From: the human T2T-CHM13v2.0 reference genome, Homo sapiens | Length of the DNA stretch: 64,000 nt | Assembly (NCBI RefSeq): GCF_009914755.1 | Contig: NC_060934.1 | Reading direction: 5' to 3' (one strand) | Shown: positions 12,461-27,791 of the stretch, in pieces | How positions within the stretch are numbered: position 1 is the first letter of the stretch | Layout: each line of letters begins with the position of its first letter | Program-made: the position numbers and the translations under genes | The notes under the pieces: generated by a model | Databases searched by the model: none | The model's input: only the letters and a program-made list of their open reading frames with translations | What the model was told of the DNA's origin: nothing

Positions 12461-14561
12461 ACTCTGAGAAAGTAGGAATTGATGCCCACCCGGGGAAAAA
12501 AAAGTAAGTAAATTTTAAGTAATTATAGATCCCTAAATGGGATTCTGCACTTTAGGTAAGCTAAATTTTTATAACAAAGAATCTCCCCTTACCTCCCCGG
12601 ACAGGAGGAGTGACTGTGGAGTTGATTTTTTTTAAAGGCCATGATTAAAGCCATGGGGACAAGGATTTAACAAAAGGGTGGCAGAAGCTTCAAAGTTGTA
12701 AAAGTGTAATGAGAGCAAAGATCCAACCTTTGCGCAGCACCTCCTTATTAATGCATTGCCTACATTCTACAAGGTCATCAAAACCTACATTGCTTGCTCA
12801 GCATTGATTTATGTATTCCTTGCAAGAAAAAAAATACTTCTCTAGAGTCTCTTTGATAAGAAACTATTATAATATTCTGCATTTTGAATACTTTTAATGC
12901 ATGTTCCTACCAATTTTATCATCTAACATATAATGTAATCTTCACACAAAGCCACTAGTGAAATCATTAGGACCAGCATTATTCCCAGATGGCATGAAAG
13001 GACACTCAAACACAAAGACTTTGTTAAATACCTAAGATCACACTAAATTCATCAAGGAGTTTGAATCTTTCTGCTAAACATAATCACGCTTTTCTGTTTC
13101 CTGCAAGAAACTGCTGTGCTGTGAAAAGGGGACTAAGAAGCTTCAGTGGATAATAATGAAATCTGAGATCAAAAGTGTTTCAAGTTTTTGTTAGAAACAA
13201 ATCTGTTAAGAAAATGCAAAGTGTGAAGACACTAAAGTATCGCACAGATAAAACACTACAAGCTCATAGTAAGAAAGAAAAAAGAATTCTAAAAACCCTT
13301 ATTTAAAAAGAGATAATTTAGTACAAGTGAAACTGTAGTTTATTGCAGATTGAAAAAAACATATTTCCTTTGTTTCCCTTTTAAATTATGAGTCACATCA
13401 ATCACTCAGGAGAAAAGAAGCATGTCAGAATATTATAAATCTCTGAAGTTCAATAAAAGCCTTAATTGTCTTGATTCAGAAAACCCTCCTCTGGGATTTC
13501 TTAAAATCTTGTTTCATTATAATTGAAATTTAATCAATATGCAGTTCTGATTACTTATACCCATGAAGGAGTTATTAAGACTCTGCATACAGAATGCCAT
13601 AACCAGTTGATTAAGGGGAAAGAAAGTCAAACTCACTGTTAGTAGTACAGAGAAGAAATAACAGTGGATTGACTTAGAATTCCATTTTCAGTAATTGTGT
13701 AAGTAGAATTTAAGTCATTTCACAATTATATTCACTCATCTGCTTAAGATATGGAACGCTGTAATTTGTCACAAATGCACTCTACAAGGCGAGTTTAAGT
13801 TTTCAAGGTACTCTGCAGTGTGAGCCAAGTTGACAGCAAAAGGCCCTGTAATACTTCACCAAATGGTCCATGATTGTTATTTCATCAGGATTGGATGGGA
13901 GTGTTTACAGCAAACTTTCATAAAACTTTGTGGCAAAATAAAAACAAGGAAAAATTGAGAAACACTCCTTACAGTGTGCCCTGGAGATATATGTATAGGT
14001 CATAGACATCCTGTGAAAGATAAAACAAACATTGTAAAGAGAGGAGAAAAACCTATTGTGGGCAAGAAAACGCTGGATTTTAGCTGTGTTATTGTGGTAA
14101 GTCCAGGCCAACAATTCTTGGCCAGTTAGAAGAATTAGTATACAAATGGGTCCCTGATTTCTACCTGAGGTCTAGATCGGTATTTCTAGACTGATAAAGG
14201 ACAGTTGTTACTTTTTTGTCTCCCTTAAATCTACCACAGATTGATATTTTTGCAAAATATAGTAAATATAGATTACTATAAAAATGAAATAAAAAATCAA
14301 AGGCATACAAAATGTAAGCCTTTTTATTATTAGATTTAATAGGCATAAAATTACTTGCAAATTGCTATAAAGTTATATAAGTGCTTATTCTCAATTTTAG
14401 AACTTGTCTCATCATGGACAGGTAACAATTTGCAGACTGACACCTATCTAAAGAATTATATATAGTAGCACTAATTTATTGCTGATAGGTCATGATTAGA
14501 ATGTTAAAGATGATGGATAAGCGTAATTAAATTCTTGCTATATATGAGGTATTTTACTAAA

Positions 14562-17500
14562 TTATTTATTTAATTTTTTCATTTTAAGTTCTGGGGTACA
14601 TGTGTAGGATGTACTGGTTTGTTACAGAGGTAAAGGTGTGCCACGGTGGTTTGCTGTACCTGTCAACCCATCACCTTGGTATTGAGCCCTGAGTGCATTA
14701 GCTCTTTTGCCTAATGCTCTCCCTTCCTGCACCCCACCCCACTACAGGCCCCAGTGTGTGTTGTTCCCCTCACTGTGTCCATGTGTTCTCATCAATCAGC
14801 TCCCACATATAAGTGAGAATATGGAGTGTTTCGTTTTCTGTTCCTGTGTTAGTTTGCTGAGGATAATGGCTTCCAGCTCCATCCATGTCCCTGCAAAGGA
14901 CATGATCTCATTCCTTTTCATGGCTGCATAGTATTCCATGGTGTATATGTTCCACATTTTCTTTATCCAGTCTATGATTGATGAGCATTTGGGTTGATTC
15001 CACATGTATTGGTCCGTTTTCATGCTTCTGATAAAGACATACCCAAGACTGGGCAATTTACAAAGAAAGAAGTTTAATTTGACTTAAAGTTCCATATGGC
15101 TGGGGAGTCCTCACAATCATGGCGGAAGGCAAGGAGGAGGAAGTCACATCTTACATGGATGGCGTCAGACAAAAAGAGCATTTGTGCAGGGAAACTGCTT
15201 TTTTTTTTTTTTAAACCATCAGATCTCATAAGACTCATTCACTATCATGAGAACAGTGCAGGAAAGACCCACCCCCATGACTCAATCACCTCCCACTGGT
15301 TTCTTCCCATGATACGTGAGAATTGTGGGAGGAACAATGTGATTTGTGTGGGGACACAGCCAAACCTCCTAACACTCTACTCCTGGACCCTCCCAAATCT
15401 CACGTCCTCACATTTTGAAACCAATCATGCCTTCCCAACAGTCCCCCCAAAGCCTTAACTCATTTCAGCATTAACCTGAGACAAGGCAAGTCCCTTCCAC
15501 CTATGAGCCTGTAAAATCAAGATCAAGTTAGTTACTTCCTAGATACAATGGGGGTACAGGCATTGGGCAAATACAGCTGCTCCAAATGTGAAAAATTGGC
15601 CAAAACAAAGGGGCTACAGGCCTCATGCAAGTCTGAAATTCATCAGGACAGTCAAATCTTAAAGCCTGAGAATAATGTCCTTTGACTCCATGTCTCACAT
15701 CCAGGTCATGGTGATGCAAGAGGTGGGTTTCCATGGTCTTGAGCAGCTCTGCTCCTTTGGCTCTGCAGGATACAGCCTCCCTCCCAGCTGCTTTCACAGG
15801 TTGATGTTGATCAAAGTGTCTGAGGCTTTTCCAGGTGCACAGTGCAAGCTGTCAGTGGATCTACCATTCTGGGGAGTGGAGGACAGTGGCCTTCCTCTCA
15901 CAGTACCACTAGGCAGTGCCCCAGTAGGGACTCTGTGCAGGGGCTCTGACCCCACATTTCCCTTCTGTACTGCCTTTGCAGTGGTTATTCATGAGGGCCC
16001 CACCCCTGCAGCAAACTTCTGCCTGGGCATCCATGTATTTCCATTTATCCTTTGAAATCTATGTGGAGGTTCCCAAACCCCAATTCTTGACTTCTGTGCA
16101 CTCACAGGCTCAATACCATGTGGAAGTGGCCAAGGTTTGGGCTTGCACCCTCTGAAGTCACAGCCCGAGCTCTATGTTGACCCCTTTCAGCCGCAGCTGG
16201 AGTGCCTGGGATTCAGGACACTGAGTCCCTAGGCTGCACATAGCACAGTGACCCTGGGCCCAGCCCACAAAACCATTTTCTTGTAGGCCTCTGGGCCTGT
16301 GATAGGAGGGGCTACCATGAAGATCTCTGACATGTCCTGGACACATTTTTCCCATTGTCTTGGGGATTAATGTTTGGCTCCTCATTACTTATGCAAATTT
16401 CTATAGCCAGCTTAAATTTCTCCCCAGAAAAAATGGGTTTTGCTTTTCTATCACATTGTCAGCCTACAAATTTTCCAAACTTTTCTGCTCTGCTTCCCAT
16501 ATTCAACTGAATGCCTTAACAGCAACTAAGTCGCCTCTTGAATGCTTTGCTTAGAAATTTCTTCTGCCAGATACCCTAAATCATCTTTCTCAAGTTCAAA
16601 GTTCTTCAAATCCATAGGGCAGGGGCAAAATGCTGCCAGTCTCTTTGCTAAAACATAACAAGAGTCATCTTTGCTCCAGTTCCCAACAAGGTGCTCATCT
16701 CTATCTGAGACCACCTCAGCCTGGACCTTATTGTCCATATTGCTAACAGGCTTTTGATCAAAGCCATTCAACAAGTCTCTAGGAAGTTCCAAACTTTCTC
16801 ATATGTTCCTGCATTCTTCTGAGCCCTCCAAACTCTTTCAACCTCTGCCTGTTACCTAGTTCCAAAGTCACTTCCACATTTTCAGGTATCTTTTCATAAA
16901 CACCCCACTCCTGGTACGAATTTAGTGTATTAGTCCGTTTTCATGCTGCTGATAAAAACATACCCAAACTGGGCAATTTACAAAATAAAGATTTAATTGG
17001 ACTTACAGTTCCATATGGCTGGGAGGCCTCATAATCAGAGCGGAAGGCAAGGAGAAACAAGTCACATCTTACATAGATGGTGGCAGGCATGAAGAGTTTA
17101 TGCAAGGAAACTCTTTTGTTTTTTAAGACCATCAAATCTTATGAGACTCATCCACTACCATGAGAACAGTGCAGGAAAGACCTACCTCCCTAATTCAATC
17201 ACCTCCCACCGGGTTCCCCCTATGATACATGGGAATTCTGGGAGTTACAATTTGGGTGGGGACACAGCCAAACCATATCACTATGTCTTTTGCTATTGTG
17301 AATAGTGATGCAGTGAACATATGTATGCATGTATCTTTGTAATAGAATGATTTATATTCCTTTGTGTATATACCCAGTAATGGGATTGCTGGGTCAAATG
17401 ATATTTCTGGTGGTAGATGTTGAAGAATCCCTACACTGTTTTCACAATGGTTGAACTAATTTACATTCCCACAAACAGTGTAAAAGTGTTTCTCTTCTCT

Positions 17501-18387
17501 GTAACCTTGCCAGCATCTGTTGTTTGACTTTTTAATTATAGCCATTCTGACTGGCATGAGATGGTATTTCATTGTGGCTTTGATTTGCATTTTCTCTAAT
17601 GATCAGTGGTGTTGAACTTTTTTTTCATATGTTTGCTGTCTGCATGAATGTCTTCTTTTGAGAAGTGTCTGTTCATGTCCTTTGCCTACTTTTTGATAGG
17701 GCTGTTTGCTTTTTTCTTGTAAATTTGTTTAAGCTCCTTGTAGATTTTGGATATTAGACATTTGTTAGATGGATAGGTTGCAAAAATTTTCTCCCACTCT
17801 GTAGGTTGCATGTTCACTCTGATTATAGTTTCTTTTGCTGTGCAGAAGCTCTTTAGTTTAATTAGATCCCATTTGTCAATTTTTGTTTTTGTTGCAATTG
17901 CTTTTGGTGATTTCATCACGAAGTCTTTGCCAATGACTATGTCCTGAATGGTGTTGCCTAGATTTTCTTCTAGGGTTGTTACAATTTTGGGTTTTACATT
18001 TAAGTCTTTAATCCATCTTGAGTTATTTTTCATATAAGGTGTAAGGAAGGGGTCCAGTTTCAATTTTCTGCGTACGGCTAGCCAGTTCTCCCAGCACCAT
18101 TAGTGAATTATTTTCCTATTGTTTTCATCAGGTTTATTGAAGATCAGATGGTAGTAGATGTACAGTCTTATTTCTGAGCTCTCTATTCTGCTCCATTGGT
18201 CTGTGTGTCTGTTTTTGTACCAGTACCATCCATTTTAATTACTGTAGCCTTGTAGCATAGTTTGAAGTCTGGTAGTGTGATGCCTCTAACTTTTTTCCTT
18301 TTGATTAGGATTGTCTTGGATATGTGAGCTCTTTTTTGGTTCCATAGGAATTTTAAAATAGTTTCTTCTAATTCTGTGAAGAATGTA
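14562..18387 (-). mobile_element. 5'-truncated L1PA (about L1PA8-10) split by a THE1 provirus
   Basis: Antisense L1 3' UTR 14562-15004 resumes at 17281; ORF 17686..18063 is L1 ORF2 peptide (KLDPFLTPY...WIKDLNVKP). Confidence 0.92.
15005..17280 (-). mobile_element. Full-length THE1 (THE1B/C-like) MaLR provirus: LTR 15005-15374, internal 15375-16925, LTR 16926-17280
   Basis: Two direct LTRs (tgtatt(g/a)gtccgttttcatg...gggacacagccaaacc) flanking THE1-int; 5-bp TSD ccaca/ctatg, compatible with CpG decay of ccacg. Confidence 0.93.
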
Positions 18388-18480
18388 CATTGTCATATTT
18401 AATCCTTACAACATTCCTGTGAGTCTTCTTATTAGCCCCATTTTGCAGATGAAAAAACTGAAGCTCAGAAAAGTAATCTA
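18388..18480 (-). mobile_element. MIR fragment (other part probably 14520-14561)
   Basis: atttaatccttacaac...attagccccattttgcagatgaaaaaactgaagctcaga. Confidence 0.75.
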
Positions 18481-19446
18481 AAATTTTCCAAAGCTTTTAA
18501 TGTTAACTTCTACTTTCTTTCTGAGAACTCGTTTAACTAAATGTCAGCTGTACATCTTCACTTGGAAGTTCCAGATACCTTAAATTCAATATGTCCATAA
18601 TTGAACACAATCTTTCTTTCCATATATATTTCTTATTTGGTACTGTGTAGTTCAACCTGCAGCCATCTTAGGTGCTACATAGACAGAACCTACTTTTCAA
18701 TAAGACAAGGAAATATTGACCTAATATTAAGCCTAAATATGAGCTGTTTTTCCCGTCTTGTTAAGCTACATTTTATTATTCTTTATCTACTATAAATTAG
18801 ACTGGGTCCTGCTGTTGTGCACATTTTGTCAGTTCTCACCAAATTCTCAATTTTGTATTTTTCTTCAGTATTTTTCTACAACACTCCAAATTACCATTTC
18901 AAATTTGTCTGTTTTTCTCCCACTCTCCTGATTTAGATCTCTGAGAACTAAAACCTGACTGCCCAGAAATTTACTGGGACTCTAAATTGTCTTGTAGTTG
19001 ACCTTTCTCCCCAAGATCTAAAGAAGCCTTTAAAGGTGAAGCTGAACAGCTTAATATAAGCTTTAAGAGCTCATCACTACAACAGATTGGGCAAATTTCA
19101 TCTCTGCTATTGTGCAGGCTGCTCAGAAGTTTACCAAACACCTGCATTTTCCATGCTCTTCTCCCAGAAATAACTACTCTGTCACTGATGTCTATGACAT
19201 GAAAGACATTAAAACTTCCAACCAAGAAATCTCACCGTCCTCACCTGACCACTTAAAGAAGCTTTGGGCCTAAAATCCAGACATCTTCACCAGCTGCTCT
19301 TCAGAATCAGAAACTGGGTTGTGGTTGGCTACAATCTTTCATTTTTGTTTTTATTTTGTCATCATAGAAATGTCAGTCATTGAGTACCTGATGGCTCACA
19401 CCATCCAGCAAATATCCTCTAATACCACGTCTCAACAGATAGTTCA

Positions 19447-20105
<659 letters not shown>

Positions 20106-20184
20106 TATCGTAATATCCTACATATCCCACATAATTGTTTCTCACTGACAAATGGAAACTATTTAATCCTGTTATAATAACAAT

Positions 20185-20410
20185 GTACCACAGGTACGTA
20201 AGTTAAGACCGTAAGTTTTGCATACAATTTTTTTTGTTTCAATCCTGGTTTTGCCACTTACTAACTGTAGGACTTTGGGAAATTAAAGAGAAACTCTCAT
20301 CTTCATTACCCCCATGAGGTTGTTGTAGTGGATGTTAATAGTTAATATGTGTAAAGCATTTATAAAATTGCCTGCACAAAATAAATTTCAACAAGTGTTT
20401 GTTATTTTTA
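20185..20410 (+). mobile_element. MIR
   Basis: ttcaatcctggttttgccacttactaactgtaggactttggg...aatatgtgtaaagcattta. Confidence 0.7.
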
Positions 20411-22483
20411 TTCTTGTCACACCCCTACACAAGTAAGGGTTTCATATCAATGGAACATTTGATAACTGTCTATTTTTTTTTTATTGTTACATAAAATCCT
20501 GCTCAGTCTCAGGTTGATTGGGTTAACAATTGGGTTGACCCAATTAGACTGTTAGGATAGAAAATATTTCTTTGGAATAGGCCTCTAGCATGCTATGCTT
20601 GGTATAGTACAAGAAAGAAGATTTTTAAATCCTCATGGCAACAAAATAATAGGATTATTACCATAAATACCCCCCAAAACAGCTCAAGATACTTTATCCC
20701 ACTTCTCATCATCCATGAGCATTGCTGATTCATTCTCTGGTGTTCCAAAAATTATCAATGATGTTTTACACTTCTGAAGGGCCAGTTATTTCAGGAATTG
20801 GCTAAGAAAAGTATGCTTATAACCAATTTTTGACTTTATTTAGTATAAACACAATGCTTCTTTTTTCAGTTAGTATTCCCATTAAAAAAACCAGGTTTCA
20901 GACAAGAAAGCTTAGTTCAAACCATTATATTAAGGTAACTGTCCTTTAAAACAATTCTAAGTACATTTTAGCTTTTGGTAATGTTGCTTAATTTTCTAAC
21001 CAGAATTGCAATTTGCAAACTACAAAATCCCTGTCAATCATGGGCGAGAAGAAAATTTGCCACGTAATTACCACTGACCATGAAATAATTTAGTTCTCAT
21101 AAACAGGCATCTTTTATGTATTTTTCCCCTTGTCATTACACAATCATGTGAATAATAAGTTGTAAAGGACAAGAAGAAAATTCTTTCTACCTACCAAGTT
21201 CCCAGACCATTATTTGAAATTCTACAATAGATTGTGTCCATGTTGAGGGAAAGAGGGTGTCAGGAGTTTGTCAAGCTTCTGTGGCCACTGAACCACATAG
21301 AAGCATGACATATTCTATTGTTTTGGTGGCCAGAGACCTCTCATGACGCCCAGATGTGTAGGGAGGTATTTGAACCACACTAGGTATTTTTTTGAGCAAA
21401 TAACAAAGCCCTGTTTTCCAAGGGAGCTGTTTCTGCTTTCTTATGAGGTCTGACAAACAGAATATATTTGTTTCATTTTTAAAAAATTGTAGGTAACCAA
21501 TACCACAAGTTTGTATGAGGAGCATTAAGCTGTCTCTGACTCATTTTGATATACAGATGCATGTTTACTCCTCTATTGAAGCACTGCTTAACTCAGGCCT
21601 TATTTCAGAATTACTTGTCTTCGCTCTTTTCCAACCTCAAACTAATCTCTTAAAAGATAAAAATCACCTTCCTTTTCTCTTTGCATCTCTCACACTATCA
21701 AAGCCTGATTCTTTGTGACCATAGGCAGTAAATAAATACTCTTTTTTTATTTAGTTGATTATTGTTCATCTCTAAAACCAGAAGTTGTGTGTGTTTACTT
21801 AGGGGAAAATGGGCTTTAATGACTTATTTTTTGATTAAAAAAATTAGCTATTTTGCCATCCTAATTGCCATGGACCTGAGAATAGAGTTTCACAGAGATG
21901 ACTTTAACATAAAGACAAGAACTAATTGTTTCCTCATTCCCAAATGCCAACATTTTGCAAATTATGTCACAAAACTCACCATAGAAACATGTTTTTTTTC
22001 CAAAGGTAATTCAGAGGAGGAAGAATACTGTTCAGTTTCTATAATGAAAGTGGGTAGAATTTGTCCTTAAAAGTCATGATGGAATTGTTTTTAAGGTTTG
22101 TGTGACTGTAATTACCCTGGGGCTGAATGTAGTAAATGCAGTCTATAAAACAAAAAAAGTCAATAAAATTAGCTTCACTCCTTAAATGGTTATGCCCTCT
22201 GACTACGGGATGGGGAAGAAGGCATTATTTTTAAAAATCACATTCCTCTTGAATTGTTGAATAGAATAGCCCATTGGAAGGCCTTCTGCTAAAAAGAAAT
22301 ATGTACACCTTCTAATGACTTCCTATTTAAAGAAAATAAAATTATTAAAAATAAATAGTTCAGTGGATTTGTAAATGCTATTCGGACAAGTAGAATCGGT
22401 ATGTCTATTTTCTAAAGTGTTTTCTATGATGTTTAAGAGTTACCCTATATTCAAATGATTTCTTTTGGTTAAGACTTTATGTA

Positions 22484-22808
<325 letters not shown>

Positions 22809-23469
22809 TCAATTACATTTGTATTATATTTGTACCACAAACTATCAATAATAAACATGCTCTTTGTGCTACAGTCGCACAATGCGATAGAAACCATAGA
22901 CTCTTCAGAGCTAGCCAAAGAGCCTACCAGTTATCAATCTCTGCCTTATAGGAGATCATCTTCATGAGTCTGAGCCACCCTGACCTATTCAAAATTGGGC
23001 TGATTTGGGGGTATGCTATTGTAGCATACAAATGCACTAAGTCACAGATACTCAAGGAAACAAGGAGGCCTTTTTCCTCTTAAACACAGAGATGAGCAAC
23101 TACAGTCTGTAATACCAGCCATGGATGAGGGTGAACCAGCCTTACCACACTAAAAGATCTTGGAACTATCAGCACATGTTAGTAAGAGGGCAAAATTATT
23201 GGTGCAGAAATGATGAAGGAAATAGAGTATTGTTTCCATTGCAACTAATAAGGTGGTATTTTTCTTCATTAAAAAGCCTTGACTTCCTTAGCAATGAACT
23301 TGTCTCTTAAGCTAACCCTCACCAAGTCATTAGTATACAAATTAAAAATATGTCTTGGCAGTAATAATGATTCTAAACTCTATTGTCCAAGGAAACTTAG
23401 CCAAAACCCATTGTCCTCCAATCCTCCCACTTCTATAGTACCAAGTATCCAGATTTTCTCTGTTCTATT

Positions 23470-23875
23470 GGTTCATCATTTTGTAAATACTGAGCACCAG
23501 CTCTTGAGCAGGCACTATGTGTGACACAGGGAATAAAATGATCATTACTCTCTTGTTGCTCAGAATCTTATAGTACACACACCTAAGAAAAATAATTTTA
23601 ATGGTAGAGTATTGTTATACGAGTCACACAGCAGGGGGTGGTTGATTCTTGGTTGGAAATCCAAGGAAAACAACAGCAGGAAGGTACTAGGGCATTACAA
23701 AAAAGTAAAAAAAAGGAGGAAAGGATGGTTCATGCAGTTCGATAGTTTAACCCCAGATTAGAACTATCCACAACTCCCTATTGCTCTTAAAATAAACTTT
23801 AAAGTCCTTATTGACAAGGTCTTTATGGTCTACATGAGTTGACTTCTGATTAACTGTCCAGCATTATCATTGGAT
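23470..23875. mobile_element. L2 fragments (antisense about 23470-23740, sense about 23760-23875)
   Basis: tactgagcacc...caggcactatg; ctccctattgctcttaaaataaa...aagtcctta. Confidence 0.5.
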
Positions 23876-23887
23876 TTTGTCCAGTAG

Positions 23888-24635
<748 letters not shown>

Positions 24636-24866
24636 GTACTCAGAATTCAATGACAAATAGCAAATAAAATTAAGATCTGATGGAATAGGAGAGAATTATG
24701 GCACGTAGTAAGAATGATGAAATAAAGAAGGTTTGGTAACAGAATAATGAAGTAGGAGTTAGTCTGGGGTGGGTTTAGGGCTTACTGAACAAGTGATAGT
24801 TAAGTATAGATCTAAAGTTTAGAAGGAACGCGCCTTGTCAAAAGCCTGGATAAAATGCATAGGTCA

Positions 24867-26178
24867 AGTATTAGTGATATGGACAGGAGGCAGGAGGGCG
24901 GAGTCCCCGGAGAGGGCTCTACCTTCAAGCCTGGGCCCGCAGCCCTAAATGAGAACAGCCATTCCTGTTTTCATGCCTGAATATTGCCCTTTCCAAGACC
25001 ACTTTGGCCCACCCCGCCCCCTATCCTGTGCCCATAAGAACCCCAAACCCCAGGCTCCATGAGCAGGGGAATGGCAGAGTGGCAGAGCAACAGGGCAGAG
25101 AAGGAGAGAAGAGACAAGCAGTCGAATGTTAAGAGGAGAAGAGGCAACTCAGTGTGGGAGATTACATATAGATGCGGCTTCACCGAGGAGGAGCGGTTGC
25201 GCTTCAGGGAATGATCACCCTTTTCCCACTCCATCCCCTTTCCAGCTCACCATCCAACCCACTGAGAGCCACCTCCGTCACTCAGTAAAACCTCTGCATT
25301 CACCGCCCTTCAAGTGCATGAGACCTGATTCTTCCTGGACACCGGACAAGGACCCGGGTACCAAGAGAGCAGGGTGTAACAGACTTGTCACCTTGACTCT
25401 CCACTGAACTGGTGGAGAGTCACATAGCCACCTGCAGATGGCAACTGCTGAAAGAGCATTAATTGTAACACACCTGTAGACACTACCGTGGGGCTGGAGC
25501 CCAAAGCTCACCCCAGCCACGGCACCTGCTTGCCTGGGTGCTCCCCCTCCCATAAGGCATTTGGGCGCAGTGGTTGAGTAAGCAAGCCACAACCCTGATG
25601 CAAGTCCGGTGAAGGGGTCCAGGGAACTCTTCTGTCTCATTAGAGTTCTCCAGAGGGACAGAACTAATAGGATATATGTATCTATGAAAGGGAGTTTATT
25701 AAGGAGAATTGACTCACATGATCACAAGGTGAAGTCCCACGATAGGCGTCTGCAAATTTAGGAGCAAGGAAGCCAGTAGTGCCTCAATCCGAGTCCTAAA
25801 ACCTCAAAAGTAGAGAAGCTGACAGTGCAGCCTGCAGTCTGTGGCCAAAGGCCTTAAGAGCCCCTGGCAAACTACTGGTGTAAGTCAAAAGTCCAAAAGC
25901 CGAAAAACCTGGAGTCTCTTGTTCGAAGGCAGGAAGCATCCAGCATGGGAGAAATATGAAGGCTGGTAAACACACCAAGTTAGCTTCTTCTACCTTCTGC
26001 CTTTTTCTAGCCACTGTGGCAGCCAATTGGATGGTGTCCACCCACATTGTGGGTGGGTCTTCCGGAGGGTAGCACTTCCTCTTCCAGTCCACTGACTCAA
26101 ATGTTAATCTCTGCTGGCAACACCCGGAAACAGCCAGGTACAATCCCAACAAGTTGACGCTTAGTATTAACCATCACA
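24867..26178 (-). mobile_element. MLT2A2-like ERVL solo LTR, interrupted by MER50
   Basis: gtattag|agttctccagagggacagaactaataggata...agtattaaccatcaca; 5-bp TSD ggtca/gatca. Confidence 0.85.
24875..25639 (+). mobile_element. MER50 ERV1 solo LTR
   Basis: tgatatggacaggaggcagg...cagggaactcttctgtctca; perfect TSD ttag (24871-24874 and 25640-25643). Confidence 0.85.
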
Positions 26179-26670
26179 GATCATGAAATGGAAAGTAGAA
26201 TAATATCATGTCAGGAGGGATGGAGGGGCTTGATGATCCAAGACTCTGCAGGCCCCTTTAAGGGTCTGGATTTTTATTCAAGGCACATATAAAATTCATT
26301 GAGCTCTCTTTTCACCTCAAGCTTTTGCACATGTGGTCCCTTTTGCCTGATTAACGCTCCTTCTACCTTTTGCACCTGGCTAATTGTTAATCATATCAGA
26401 AAAAAAGTCTGAATTCACTTTTGCATCCTCAAGGATGGCTTCTATCAGGTGTTTGATGATTGAAGAAAGGAATGGAAATATAGAGACAATTTTTTTTTGC
26501 TTAATAAGACCTTGATACATTGTGAAATAATCTCTCCTCCATTTCAATGACAAACAGCAAATAAAATTAAGATCTGATAGAATAGGAGAGAATTAATCTT
26601 TAAGTTTGAGGAAAGGATCTACTTGCCTCCACTGAAGAATATGTACAAAGTATTGTATGTAATTCTTTAT

Positions 26671-27297
26671 ACTGTGTACTCAGAATTCTAAAAGCCATAT
26701 TTTGGTCTTAATTTATCTCGTGGCTCTGTATTTTTTTTTGTTTTTTTTTTTTTGGGGGGGGTGCTCTTTTTATTCCTCTTTACACAACTGGTGCTATTTG
26801 CATTGAGGGAGGATACCTCTGCTAATCAATTGTTACTGGAAACCAGCCCTGTGAGTAGATCTCCTTGCAGCTGAGAAATTACACAATAACTAAGATATAT
26901 ATAAACACACACACACACACACATATCCCAGCTCTCATACAAATATATAATATAGACCAGGCACGGGGGCTCACTCCAATAATCCCAGCACTTTGGGAGG
27001 CTGAGGCAGGAGGATCACCTGAGGTCAGGAGTTTGAGACCAGCCTGGTCAATATGATGAAACCCCATCTCTACTAAAAGTACAAAAATTAGCTGGGTACC
27101 TGTAATCCCAGTTGCTTGGGAAGCTGAGACAGGAGAATTTATTGAACCCAGGAGGCGGAGGTTGCAGTAAGCCAAGATGGTGCCACTGCACTCTACCCTG
27201 GGCGACAGAGTGAGACCATCTCAAAACAAACAAGCAAACAAAAAAATGTATACTATGAGGGATGGGGTATGTATATATATCCTAGGAGGAATTTCAT
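26671..27297. repeat. Right arm of local inverted duplication
   Basis: See 23933-24635; ORFs 23897..24382(+) and 26879..27175(-) are near-identical, including non-Alu residues. Confidence 0.93.
26955..27246 (+). mobile_element. AluS with internal deletion
   Basis: attagctgggtacctgtaatc deletion; degenerate TSD aaatatataatata/aaatgtatactatg. Confidence 0.92.
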
Positions 27298-27664
27298 GTG
27301 GATATAAACAGTGTTTATACAGATACACACGAAAGCAGGTGTGAAAGAAATTAGTACACATGTGTATAGCCACATACAGAAAAATGCCTATATTCATAAT
27401 GTTAAAAAATGGACAGTTTTGTATTAGGTCACCAAGGATATTGAAGAATAAAGAACACCAAGGATGATGCAAGTACAGAGAACACTCAGACTCTCTCTCC
27501 TTTGGGAAGACAACTGTCTTTTAACAGAGCTATTGATATATGGTGTGTAGCTTACAGGAGGCATGTTGCTAGAACTTTCTAACGACTCTGCCATGGTACT
27601 TTCTCACAAGGGGAATGTGGCTATCACTGCTGTTGTGGTCAAGGATATGCTTAACACATCCCAC

Positions 27665-27791
27665 GAGGAATTTCTCAGCTGCAAGGGGATCTATTCACAG
27701 GGCTAGTTTCCAGTAACAATTGGTTAGCAGAAGCATCATCCTCTCTCAGTGCAAATAGCTCCAGTTGTGTAAAGGAAAGAAAAAAAGAGCC
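27665..27791. repeat. Third copy of ~125-bp segment (also 24437-24562 direct and 26763-26880 inverted)
   Basis: gaggaatttctcagctgcaagg...tttccagtaac...gcaaatagc...ccagttgtgtaaag...aaagagcc. Confidence 0.92.

Larger units (their letters stand above)
24700..26300 (-). mobile_element. L2 fragment hosting MLT2A2 (L2 parts about 24700-24866 and 26179-26300)
   Basis: Antisense L2-like sequence continues on both sides of the LTR. Confidence 0.45.

Noticed and set aside
17686-18063. L1 ORF2-like peptide
   Set aside because: Fragment of a truncated, interrupted L1; not a gene
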